IMG/VR virus record: IMGVR_UViG_3300020044_001318
Coordinates: 1 to 34,129 of that record
DNA from: a virus
Lineage: Duplodnaviria; Caudoviricetes
Length of the DNA stretch: 34,129 nt
Reading direction: 5' to 3' (one strand)
Below are positions 16,764-25,143 of this stretch, one piece after another. The translations under genes and the position numbers were made by a program. A model generated the notes under the pieces. It was not told the origin of the DNA. It saw only the letters and a program-made list of their open reading frames with translations, and ran no database searches. Positions within the stretch are counted from its first letter, which is position 1, and every line of letters starts with the position of its first letter.

Positions 16764-17252
16764 ATGGCACACTTTTCTTTTGACGCATCCACCGTCGCAC
16801 CCCAAGCATCCACCGGCCCAATCCCTGCCGGCGTTTATCTGGCTCATTGCACCGAGTCTGATGTTGGCCCATTGAAGTCCGGCAACGGCACTGGTTTGAA
16901 GATGACCTTTGAGATTTTAGACGGCCCCTACAAAAACCGCAAAGTCTGGGAAAACCTCAACATCCAACACACCAGCGAGGAAACCCAGCGCATTGCGCAA
17001 AGCCAGCTCTCAGCCCTTTGCCATGCCGTCAACGTGATCAAATTGGAAGACACTGCAGCTCTGCACTTTAAGCCGGTCAAGATCAAGGTGACCGTGCGCG
17101 AGGCCCAGGGCCAGTACCAGGCAAGCAACAACATCAAGGGTTATGAGTCCGCTGGTGGAGCTGCTCCATCGTTTGTGCCGGCCCCTGCTGAAGCTGCAGC
17201 TCCCACCGCTCCCCCCGCGGCATCCAAGACCCCCGCCTGGGCTAGGAAGTAA
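16764..17252 (+). CDS. DUF669-like single-stranded DNA-binding protein
   Basis: PIPAGVY...KSGNGTGLKMTFEILDGPYKNRKVWENLN...SNNIKGY followed by an A/P-rich tail ending PAWARK; adjacent to Sak4. Confidence 0.85.
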   Translation: MAHFSFDASTVAPQASTGPIPAGVYLAHCTESDVGPLKSGNGTGLKMTFEILDGPYKNRKVWENLNIQHTSEETQRIAQSQLSALCHAVNVIKLEDTAALHFKPVKIKVTVREAQGQYQASNNIKGYESAGGAAPSFVPAPAEAAAPTAPPAASKTPAWARK

Positions 17253-17255
17253 AAC

Positions 17256-18341
17256 ATGGCCGCAGTCCCACAAGCTGTTGTGGACCCTGTGGCCGACGCC
17301 ATCTTTGCCCATTACAAGGCAAAGTATGGCGCCGAGTCCCAGCGCCCTTACCTTGGCGCCAGTGCCATTGGCAAGCCCTGCTTGCGCCAACACTGGTATT
17401 CTTTTCGCTGGTCTAAGCCGGCAGAGTTTTCTGGCCGTCTGTACCGGGTTTTTCAGTCCGGCCACTTGCAAGAGCCAAGGGTCTATGCCGATCTCAAGGG
17501 CATTGGCTGCACGGTCTATGACGCAAACCCCAGCACCGGCAAGCAGTTTGGTTGGAGTGAGCCGGCAACCGGGCACCACTTCCAGGGCAACTGTGATGGG
17601 ATCGTGACCGGCCTGCCCCAAGCGCCAAAGTCGCCGCACATATTGGAAATCAAGACGGCGTCGGACAAGTATTTTAGGGAGATGCAAAAATCTGGCGTAA
17701 AGAAAGCCAAACCCGAGCACTGGGCGCAGATGCAATCATATATGCACTGGTCTATTGCAGAATTCCAAGATGATGGTTGCCAACGCGCCATCTATATCGT
17801 GGTCAACAAGGATAACGACGACATCTACACCGAGCGCATTGAATATGACGCCGCTGAGGTCCAGGCCATCATTGACAAGGCGCTGACAATCATCACGGCC
17901 ACCGAGCCGCCGGTGGGGATCAGCACCGACCCGACCTGGTATGAGTGCAAGTTCTGCGACTACCACAGCATCTGCCACGGCACTGACGTGCCAAAGATGA
18001 GCTGCAGGTCATGCGCCCACGCCACGCCCGAGCTCGATGGCTATGGCCGCTGGACGTGCTCCGCGCACGGCCAAGACCTGCCAACATCTAAGCAGCGCAC
18101 CGGCTGCGATGACCACAGGTACATACCTATATTGCTTGCCAAGACCGCGCACCCGGTGGACATGGATAGCGACGGGGTTGTGTATGAGATGGCCGACAAG
18201 AAACGCTTTGTCAACGGCAACCCAGCAAAGAACCCAGACCATATTGCCAGCCAAGAAATCCATGCCTGCGCTGACAAGTCAATGCTGGTTGACGAGCAGT
18301 GCATAAACCTGCGCAAACAACATTTAGGAAAATTTGTATGA
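17256..18341 (+). CDS. Cas4-like PD-(D/E)XK exonuclease
   Basis: RPYLGASAIGKPC, GNCDG, LEIKT, QMQSYM, CKFCDYHSIC (Fe-S-type Cys set) plus an extra CRSC...C...C cluster. Confidence 0.88.
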   Translation: MAAVPQAVVDPVADAIFAHYKAKYGAESQRPYLGASAIGKPCLRQHWYSFRWSKPAEFSGRLYRVFQSGHLQEPRVYADLKGIGCTVYDANPSTGKQFGWSEPATGHHFQGNCDGIVTGLPQAPKSPHILEIKTASDKYFREMQKSGVKKAKPEHWAQMQSYMHWSIAEFQDDGCQRAIYIVVNKDNDDIYTERIEYDAAEVQAIIDKALTIITATEPPVGISTDPTWYECKFCDYHSICHGTDVPKMSCRSCAHATPELDGYGRWTCSAHGQDLPTSKQRTGCDDHRYIPILLAKTAHPVDMDSDGVVYEMADKKRFVNGNPAKNPDHIASQEIHACADKSMLVDEQCINLRKQHLGKFV

Positions 18342-18499
18342 ATACCCCGCCACCCATCCAAGAGATTACCCTGCGGGACTACTTGGCCGCTGCAGCCTTA
18401 ACTGGTTTGCTCTCCAACGGTGACCGCAAAACAGCGGTCAAAAGTGCATATGCCATTGCTGACGACATGATTAAGGCCAGGGAAAATGATCCTTCGTGA
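18338..18499 (+). CDS. Second 'TLRDYFAA'-family small protein (53 aa)
   Basis: EITLRDYLAAAALTGLLSNG...AYAIADDMIKAR; start revised to ATG 18338 (ATGA overlap). Confidence 0.75.
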   Translation: MNTPPPIQEITLRDYLAAAALTGLLSNGDRKTAVKSAYAIADDMIKARENDPS

Positions 18500-20105
18500 C
18501 TATCAATCTAGATCGGTAGAAAACCTGTTTGCCTGGTGGACCAAGCACCAGGCAAGCGACGACATACCGCTGTTGGTGCTGCCGACCGCTGCCGGCAAGT
18601 CGGTAATCTGCGCCGAAATCGTGCGCCAGATGTGGGAGCAGTGGCCAGACTACCGGCCTCGCACGGTGGTCTTGGTGCCCAGCAAGGAGCTCGCGGAGCA
18701 AAACGCCTCTAAGCTGCAGGCACTGTTGCCGGGCGAAATCTACGTTGGCTTTGTCAGCGCAAGCCTGGGCAAGAAGCAGCACCATGCCGACGTGATTGTG
18801 GCCACCATTGGCAGCATCCACAAGTCAGCGCACTTGCTTGGCGACATCAAGGCCGTGATCATTGATGAGGCCCACCTAGTGGACACCAAGGCCCAGGGCA
18901 TGTACCGCACATTTCTGGCCAAGCTGGGTGAGATTTGCAAATACAGGACCGTGGGCATGACCGCCACCCCGTTTAGGGGCAACCAGGTTTGGCTGACCGA
19001 CGGTGATGATCCGCTGTTTACCGGCACTGCCAGCAGGGTCACCATGCAAGAGCTGCTGCAGCAAAAGTTTATTGCGCCCCTGGTCCCGCCGACTGAACGC
19101 ATGGCCACCCGCATTGATGCCAGCAAAGTTGGCATTGCCAATGGCGACTATAAAATTGGCGAACTGTCCGACGTGGTGGAAGGCTACTTGAGGGAAGTGG
19201 CCAGGGAAGCCGTTAAATTGGCCGCCAAGCGCCGCAAATGGATTGCTTTCACCCCAAGTGTCAGGAACGCTGAAAGCCTTACAAATTACCTAAACCAACT
19301 GGACATCAAAGCCGATTTAGTGTGTGGGGAAACCCCCAAACAGGAGCGCCAGGATTTAATCCAAGACTTCCGCGACGGGCACATTGACTGCCTGGTCACT
19401 GTGCTGGCCCTATCTGTTGGTTTTGACGTGCCTGACGTGGACTGCATTATCTGGTGCAGGCCGACCAAGTCGCCGGTGCTGTACGTCCAGGGCATGGGCC
19501 GCGGCACCCGCATTGCTGACGGCAAGACTGACTGCCTGGTGCTTGATTTCACCGACACCGTAGAGCGCCTGGGGCCGGTGGACATCATCAAGGGCCGAGC
19601 CAGGATCAAGCGCAACACCGACCAAGAGGGGCCGTATAGCATCTGCCCTGAGTGCGGTGAGCGCAACGCCCCCATGGCGCTGATTTGCACCGCCTGTGGC
19701 GCCACGATCCGCGAGGAAGAGGCCAAGCCTATGGACGCCAAGGTGTCCTTGGCCGCGCTGTTGTCGGCCCAGGTGCAGTCAACCGTCACCTGGCATGACG
19801 TGACAAGGGTTGATTACAAACTGCACCGAAAACCTGGTAAGCCTGACAGCATGAGGGTTGATTATTACAGCGGTATTTTGCAGTGCGCTAGCGAGTGGGT
19901 GTGCTTTGACCATACTGGTTACGCCAGCCAAAAGGCCGTGTCTTGGTGGCTGCAGCGCAGCTTAGACAACAGTTATCCCAATTCGGTTGCTCGAGCCATT
20001 GAAGTTGTAATAACTGAACGGCCAGACTATTTGCGAAAACCCCGCCGCATTGCAACTCGTAAGAACGGCAAATTTACAGAGGTAAAAGAATATGAATTTG
20101 ATTGA
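18486..20105 (+). CDS. Superfamily 2 DEAH helicase, RadD/YejH-like, with zinc ribbon
   Basis: LRDYQ, PTAAGKS, IIDEAH, MTATPFR, GFDVPDVD, YVQGMGRGTR, CPEC...CTAC. Confidence 0.92.
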   Translation: MILRDYQSRSVENLFAWWTKHQASDDIPLLVLPTAAGKSVICAEIVRQMWEQWPDYRPRTVVLVPSKELAEQNASKLQALLPGEIYVGFVSASLGKKQHHADVIVATIGSIHKSAHLLGDIKAVIIDEAHLVDTKAQGMYRTFLAKLGEICKYRTVGMTATPFRGNQVWLTDGDDPLFTGTASRVTMQELLQQKFIAPLVPPTERMATRIDASKVGIANGDYKIGELSDVVEGYLREVAREAVKLAAKRRKWIAFTPSVRNAESLTNYLNQLDIKADLVCGETPKQERQDLIQDFRDGHIDCLVTVLALSVGFDVPDVDCIIWCRPTKSPVLYVQGMGRGTRIADGKTDCLVLDFTDTVERLGPVDIIKGRARIKRNTDQEGPYSICPECGERNAPMALICTACGATIREEEAKPMDAKVSLAALLSAQVQSTVTWHDVTRVDYKLHRKPGKPDSMRVDYYSGILQCASEWVCFDHTGYASQKAVSWWLQRSLDNSYPNSVARAIEVVITERPDYLRKPRRIATRKNGKFTEVKEYEFD

Positions 20106-20295
20106 ATTGAACGCTATCAAAACACATTTGAAACGGCAACTTAAGGACATTGAATCTATCCAGATCACTTGCTTGGGTTGTGAACACTTGAAATCTGGCA
20201 ATAAATGCGAAAAATTTAATGCCCAGCCACCGGCTGAATGGTTGCATGGCCCCGTTGATTGTGAGCACTGGACATGGGACGAGATACCCTTCTAG
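20092..20295 (+). CDS. Small Cys-rich protein ending in DEIPF (67 aa)
   Basis: CLGC..C..C putative Zn site; C-terminus WTWDEIPF; overlaps the helicase stop. Confidence 0.75.
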   Translation: MNLIELNAIKTHLKRQLKDIESIQITCLGCEHLKSGNKCEKFNAQPPAEWLHGPVDCEHWTWDEIPF

Positions 20296-20309
20296 CAATA
20301 CGCTAGAAT
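20291..20309 (+). promoter_or_regulatory. Perfect 17-bp operator overlapping a -10 element
   Basis: TCTAGC-AATAC-GCTAGA at 20291-20307 with TAGAAT at 20304-20309, upstream of SD TAAGGAG and ATG 20337. Confidence 0.7.
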
Positions 20310-20336
20310 GCCAACACCTTAATTAAGGAGACAACA

Positions 20337-20537
20337 ATGAGCGATTGGACACCACCTCCAGGCACCAAGATTACCCGACCTTGGATTAACGCCGACGACC
20401 CGCGCTACAAGTGGACAACAGGTGCTGACGTGCAGGAGACTTGGCGCAAGCAAGGCTGGGTACCGCCCAGCACGAATTTGCCCCCGCCCCCGCCAGAGAA
20501 ATTTATTGAAATCAAACCGTTGCGCCGAGTGAGGTAA
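20337..20537 (+). CDS. Pro/Trp-rich hypothetical protein (66 aa)
   Basis: Strong SD; YKWTTGADVQETWRKQGWVPPS. Confidence 0.75.
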   Translation: MSDWTPPPGTKITRPWINADDPRYKWTTGADVQETWRKQGWVPPSTNLPPPPPEKFIEIKPLRRVR

Positions 20538-20540
20538 GCC

Positions 20541-20690
20541 ATGCCAGCATTTGACACATGGACTCAAGAGAACCTGGCCAAATTTGCCGCAGAGGCTTAC
20601 GCCAAGATGCAAGAGCAAGATGACCGCATCCAGCAGTTGCAAAACGATTTGAAAACCGCCATTAACGCATACCGGGAGATGTTGAAATGA
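20541..20690 (+). CDS. Small coiled-coil protein (49 aa; not in ORF track)
   Basis: MPAFDTWTQENLAKFAAEAYAKMQEQDDRIQQLQNDLKTAINAYREMLK; SD GAGGT; ATGA overlap with the next gene. Confidence 0.75.
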   Translation: MPAFDTWTQENLAKFAAEAYAKMQEQDDRIQQLQNDLKTAINAYREMLK

Positions 20691-21316
20691 GTTACATCGT
20701 GGCATCGTTGCCACCCATTAAATGCTTTGTGAAGCGTGAGTTCTTGTACAACGACCACAAAGGGCAAGGCGAACTGGAGCCTGCCATCTGGGTCAGCCTC
20801 AAGGCGCTGCGGGGCCAAGTGTTCCGCATTGAGTCCCTTTTGCCTGCGTATGGTGCGCTGTACGACAAGCTGCCTATCCACGCCTATGTATGGAAAGAAG
20901 ACCATGGCGACTTGCCCATTGACACGCTTCAATTGTGGGACTGCATGGGGTATCGGTTCACCGTCATTGAAAAGATCGGCTTGCGTAACTTGGGCGTTAA
21001 GTTCTTGGGCAAAGACAAGCAGTGGCACTTTGGGCGGTACTTGTTCACCGTGGACTTCTGCGCTGACGAAATGACACTTGACACGGGCTTTACCGAGCAG
21101 GCCGAAGAGCACAAGAGCTTCAACTGGATTCAGTTGGACAACGGCCAGTTTGCCTGCCAGCCCAACAATCGATGCCTGTGGTATGACCAGAGCCTGATAC
21201 CTGCTGAGACAAAGTTCCCTGACTTCCAAGCGGCGCAGCGCCTGTGGACTGTGGACGGCACACGCAAGTGGAGCGCAGGCGACGATTGGTTTTACGACAT
21301 TAAGGAGAAGACATGA
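20687..21316 (+). CDS. Conserved phage hypothetical protein (209 aa)
   Basis: Aromatic-rich globular ORF with LQLWDC, YLFTVDF, EHK, LDNGQFACQPNNR motifs; coupled at both ends. Confidence 0.85.
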   Translation: MSYIVASLPPIKCFVKREFLYNDHKGQGELEPAIWVSLKALRGQVFRIESLLPAYGALYDKLPIHAYVWKEDHGDLPIDTLQLWDCMGYRFTVIEKIGLRNLGVKFLGKDKQWHFGRYLFTVDFCADEMTLDTGFTEQAEEHKSFNWIQLDNGQFACQPNNRCLWYDQSLIPAETKFPDFQAAQRLWTVDGTRKWSAGDDWFYDIKEKT

Positions 21317-21417
21317 TCGAGACAATCATCACTATCTTTGCTTTGGGGTTCCTTGGCATTGCGCTGGCCATCGGCGGCGTTTGCGTCATGGTCTGGATGG
21401 CGCTCAATGAAGACTAG
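21313..21417 (+). CDS. Small single-TM peptide (34 aa; not in ORF track)
   Basis: MIETIITIFALGFLGIALAIGGVCVMVWMALNED; SD TAAGGAG; ATGA overlap. Confidence 0.65.
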   Translation: MIETIITIFALGFLGIALAIGGVCVMVWMALNED

Positions 21418-21586
21418 AGGCGGCGCCAGACCAGGCAGCGGGCGCAAGCCCACACCGATCAGCGAGTCCAGGGCCATAACGCTGTGGAACCAAGGCGTCA
21501 CCAAGAAGGAGATTGCCAAGCGCTTTGGCGTGGACTATCAGGTGATCCGGTACTTCTTCAAGAAGAAGCAAATGTTCAGGACATGA
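21407..21586 (+). CDS. Small HTH DNA-binding protein with basic RGGARPGSGRKP arm (59 aa)
   Basis: LWNQGVTKKEIAKRFGVDYQVIRYF HTH; start revised to ATG 21407. Confidence 0.75.
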   Translation: MKTRGGARPGSGRKPTPISESRAITLWNQGVTKKEIAKRFGVDYQVIRYFFKKKQMFRT

Positions 21587-22052
21587 ACAGCGCAGCTTCG
21601 TCTTTGCGGCGGTTTTCAAGCCCTCGGAGCACTTTGCCGCCGGCTTTGCAGTACTGCAACAGCGACGCTATGGCCGCGTCTTTTTCCCCGCGAAGAACCT
21701 TCTGACGGAAGGTGCTGCGCTGTAGCGTTCCCAGACCAACATTGAAAGCAAAGCTGACGCAAGCATCGAATTGGCCTTGGGTAAGGGCCACGGGAATGAG
21801 TTGCCCCACGCCGCGCTCAAAGCGCTGGAGATCGCTTCTAAGAATTCCATTTACTTCGTCTTTTGAAAACGTGCGATTGTCTTCTGGGCGAAGCGGGTAA
21901 GCGCCTCTTTGATCGATTGGAATTTTTGCTTGATCTGGGTATAAAACATGTCCGACTCCTATTGTCCAAAGCTGTGCTGGGCACCGATACGGTTTGTACC
22001 GAATGCCCTCGTGGTGCTGGATCATCTTGATCGCATCAGCGCTGACGTTCAT
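21576..22052 (-). CDS. Endolysin, GH24 (T4/P22-type) lysozyme
   Basis: HEG...YRCPAQLWTIGVGH (E-x8-C-x5-T triad), QGQFDACVSFAFNVG, GLENRRKDEAALF. Confidence 0.93.
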   Translation of the reverse strand: MNVSADAIKMIQHHEGIRYKPYRCPAQLWTIGVGHVLYPDQAKIPIDQRGAYPLRPEDNRTFSKDEVNGILRSDLQRFERGVGQLIPVALTQGQFDACVSFAFNVGLGTLQRSTFRQKVLRGEKDAAIASLLQYCKAGGKVLRGLENRRKDEAALFMS

Positions 22053-22555
22053 TTCGACTTAAACGCTTGGCCACCAAACCAGAACGAAACAATACACGCC
22101 CAGATGATCTGGGTCTCATCGTCCCACAGGTGATTGAGCGCCACATCAAAGGCAACGTCTGTGTGCCAGGCGTAGTAAAAGCCAAAGACCTCGACGAACA
22201 TGAACATGATGAACATGCCGTAGGTGATCACTGAGCGGGTTGCTGCGCGCATGTTGGTCACCCAAATGCTGGCGCCTTGGCCCAGCGCGATGTCGTGCGC
22301 ATAAAGCGCCTGGCGCTCCTGCATGGCCGTTTGGTTGTTGGTGACTTCGGCGTTGATCTGAATCTGCTCGGTCTGGATGTGCTCGATGCGCTCTTGCGTT
22401 TCCAAGCCCGCTTTCTTTAGCGTCAGTTCACGCTCGGTCTGCATAGCAGCCAGCGCCAGCTCATGCTTCTTGTCAGCGCGGTCTTGGAATAGCTCAAGGA
22501 TTTTTGGGAGCCCGCCCATCAAGAAGCTGATTAGGCTGGAGAACAGGGTCAGCAT
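22049..22555 (-). CDS. Holin-like membrane protein (3TM GTA-holin-like)
   Basis: Hydrophobic N-terminus, DKKHELAL coiled coil, two C-terminal TM segments ending IVSFWFG; coupled to the endolysin. Confidence 0.65.
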   Translation of the reverse strand: MLTLFSSLISFLMGGLPKILELFQDRADKKHELALAAMQTERELTLKKAGLETQERIEHIQTEQIQINAEVTNNQTAMQERQALYAHDIALGQGASIWVTNMRAATRSVITYGMFIMFMFVEVFGFYYAWHTDVAFDVALNHLWDDETQIIWACIVSFWFGGQAFKSK

Positions 22556-22557
22556 TT

Positions 22558-23013
22558 TTAACCTTTCAGTTCAAAACTAAGATTGGCATGACGGGGGTAT
22601 TGCACAACGCGCTCGCCCTCGGGGCATTTGTATTTGATGGTTGCCAGCAAGGTTGCCTTGCCTTCAGCAATCTTCTCTTTTCTCACCATGGTGAGTTGGT
22701 ACGTAAACGTGTCGATCTCTGGGCCTGCTGGGCCGCTGAATCGGCTGGCGGTGGTGGTGGCTTCATGCACCATCCCCGCTGCGTCCCGAATGCTTGGCGT
22801 AAAACTTTCAACAGAACAATCATCCCGTTTTTTTATTCGTGCAACGGTGACGTTGATGGGCTGGCCAGCTTCTGCCACGATCTTGAAATGCTCTGGTGAC
22901 CATTCAAGAATGGCCCTATCAAACCAACCAAACTTGTCGGCCAGCGTGTAACTGCCGCCCAGTGCGGCAACGCTTGCGGCGACCGCGCCAATGGCTTTGG
23001 TGAGGTCAATCAT
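22558..23013 (-). CDS. Membrane-anchored hypothetical protein in lysis cassette (151 aa)
   Basis: N-terminal hydrophobic segment followed by a beta-rich domain with two Cys. Confidence 0.65.
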   Translation of the reverse strand: MIDLTKAIGAVAASVAALGGSYTLADKFGWFDRAILEWSPEHFKIVAEAGQPINVTVARIKKRDDCSVESFTPSIRDAAGMVHEATTTASRFSGPAGPEIDTFTYQLTMVRKEKIAEGKATLLATIKYKCPEGERVVQYPRHANLSFELKG

Positions 23014-23234
23014 TTGTCGGCTTTGTTGTCGAGCTTGTCGAAAATCTTACCCAGCATGTCGCGGACGTCGCGGATGTCGGCTTTGTAGTCGTCGCGGCTC
23101 ACGTAGTCGTGCGGCATGCTGCGCACGTCGTTGTCAAGCCGGTCGATGGCGATGTAGATGCGGTTGAGCGTCCACCCACCGAAGAACCCGGCGATGGCCA
23201 CGGCGATGTTGAAGAGTATTTGGTAGTCCATCAT
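23010..23234 (-). CDS. Small single-TM coiled-coil protein (holin/lysis accessory candidate)
   Basis: QILFNIAVAIAGFFGGWTL TM followed by YVSRDDY...IFDKLDNKADK. Confidence 0.7.
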   Translation of the reverse strand: MMDYQILFNIAVAIAGFFGGWTLNRIYIAIDRLDNDVRSMPHDYVSRDDYKADIRDVRDMLGKIFDKLDNKADK

Positions 23235-25141
23235 TCGCCTGTTGATCCCACACCGCGAACCTCAAAGTACGGCGGTTTTAAGTTGTTTTGGTTTGGTTGT
23301 TTGGGCGCCAACTGGTTGGGTTGCTCTAAAGCCTTTTCAACTTGCTTGGTAATTTGGCGAGTACGGGCAACTTCAGCGGCTGATTTAGCCCCAGGAAATC
23401 TTAAAGTTTGCAAAGCCTCAAGGCCACGCAAAACAGCGCCGGCGGTATTGCTGTAGTTCACGGCACCAGGTTGTTTGACAAGCACGTCCTTGACAGCATC
23501 ACGCAAGTCCATAATTTCATTGCGGCCTGTTTTGCCAAACATGTAAACCAGTTTGTCTTCAGCATCCAGTTGATTGATTAATGTGTTAAGGTTTCTGAAA
23601 GAAGGCTGGTCACTCTTTGTGAGCATGTCTTTCATGTGCTGAATTGTTTGACCTTGCAATTCTTTGTAAGCCTGCTGACCTTCTGGTCCGGCCTTTTTAA
23701 GCAACTTTGTGACCGTGCGCATTTCTTCCAATGAGCCGTCAAGCACCACATACTTAAACACATCATCAAGCGCCACCTGGCGATCAGCATAGCCGGCCTT
23801 TGTGCCAAGCAACTTGTCAACGCGATAGACATCATCAAATTCTTTAGCCAACTGCGCTCTAGATTGACGCGCTTTCTGATACAGCTCACCGCCAGCACCT
23901 TCACCCATTTGGGTAATGATATTTTTCATAGGTTTGGCGTTTGCCGAATCTTTAACCGTGCCAATTTGTTGGTAAATGTCTTCAAGCGCACGCACAGAAA
24001 TTGTGCCAATGCCTTGCGGATCGTTCATTTTTAAAGATTCAGCCACAGAATCCAAAATTGGGTCTAATGTTTTTCGCTGTGTTGGCGTTTTGGTATTGAT
24101 ATAGTCAATCAGGCTTTTATATGGCACTTGTTGCAATGTCTCGCCGGCATTGTCTGCTTTGGCGTACAAAGCCTTATATGCGTCATACTTTTTGGTGTAT
24201 TCGTCATTAAGCGTTTTGTCAACAATCTTGCCAACAGCACGCATTTGACTAGGGTCAGCTACTTCAGCGCCAACTTCTGCGGTCATGCGCTCAAAGTTTT
24301 GAACAATGGCTTTTTGCTTATTGGTTTCAAATGCCCTCATTTGTTCAGCCAATTTAGTTTTGGTATCTTCAGAAATGCCGGTTACTACGCCGCGGCGAAC
24401 ATCTGCTTCAAACTGCTGTTGAGGCAAGTTTTTAGTACGCTCACCAAGTGTTGCGGGAATGCCCAAGCGTTGCAAACGCTCTTGAGTCATTAAATCTTCA
24501 GCAGTGCTGGCTGCGCCCATGCCAACCATACTTGGCTGTTCGCGGGTCATCACATTGGCCAAAACATTGCGCACTGGTGCGGTTGCCTGGCTGATAGCAG
24601 GGCGAGCAACTGCACCGGCCTGCATTAAAGCGGCAGGCGCCAAAGCGTTTATGCTTGTCCCAACAGCCCCTAAAGTTGGTGGCAAAGCTCCAGTAATTGG
24701 CTGCAAGAACTCACCTACAGCACCCAAAATTTCTCTAGATGTTTGTGTGCGTGGTTGGTAAAATTGTTGACGCGCTTTGGCAGCCATTGCTTCACCAGCA
24801 GCACGCGCTTGCGGAGAACCTTGAGGAGCTGCATTTGCCAATTCACCATATATGGTGGCAAGAGGTGCAGCAATACTAGATGCCAAACCGCCGGCCAAAA
24901 CGGCTGGCGTTTCAATCACGCCCATAATGCGGTCACGCATAGACACTTCAGGCGCTGCTTTACCAGTTATGACATTTTCAGCGCCCGGTATGCCAGCAGC
25001 AGAACCCAAACCAATAGTCTTGTAAAAGTCCATTTTGGGAATTTTTGCATAAAATTTTTCATGCAAAGAATCGGCCAGAGCAAGGTCTGGCACGGCATCA
25101 TATTGAGGATACTGTGCGCGGAATTCAGCAAGGGTAGCCAT
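23231..25141 (-). CDS. DNA-ejection (internal virion) protein 3, positional analogue of P22 gp16
   Basis: 636 aa, helical. N-terminal LAEFRAQYPQYDAVPDLALADSLH module; third large gene after the tail genes. Confidence 0.7.
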   Translation of the reverse strand: MATLAEFRAQYPQYDAVPDLALADSLHEKFYAKIPKMDFYKTIGLGSAAGIPGAENVITGKAAPEVSMRDRIMGVIETPAVLAGGLASSIAAPLATIYGELANAAPQGSPQARAAGEAMAAKARQQFYQPRTQTSREILGAVGEFLQPITGALPPTLGAVGTSINALAPAALMQAGAVARPAISQATAPVRNVLANVMTREQPSMVGMGAASTAEDLMTQERLQRLGIPATLGERTKNLPQQQFEADVRRGVVTGISEDTKTKLAEQMRAFETNKQKAIVQNFERMTAEVGAEVADPSQMRAVGKIVDKTLNDEYTKKYDAYKALYAKADNAGETLQQVPYKSLIDYINTKTPTQRKTLDPILDSVAESLKMNDPQGIGTISVRALEDIYQQIGTVKDSANAKPMKNIITQMGEGAGGELYQKARQSRAQLAKEFDDVYRVDKLLGTKAGYADRQVALDDVFKYVVLDGSLEEMRTVTKLLKKAGPEGQQAYKELQGQTIQHMKDMLTKSDQPSFRNLNTLINQLDAEDKLVYMFGKTGRNEIMDLRDAVKDVLVKQPGAVNYSNTAGAVLRGLEALQTLRFPGAKSAAEVARTRQITKQVEKALEQPNQLAPKQPNQNNLKPPYFEVRGVGSTGE

Positions 25142-25143
25142 GA

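Noticed and set aside
17256-18341. Cas4-like gene as evidence of a CRISPR-Cas system
   Set aside because: No cas1/cas2 or array is present. Solo Cas4-like nucleases are normal in Sak4-SSB-helicase phage modules.
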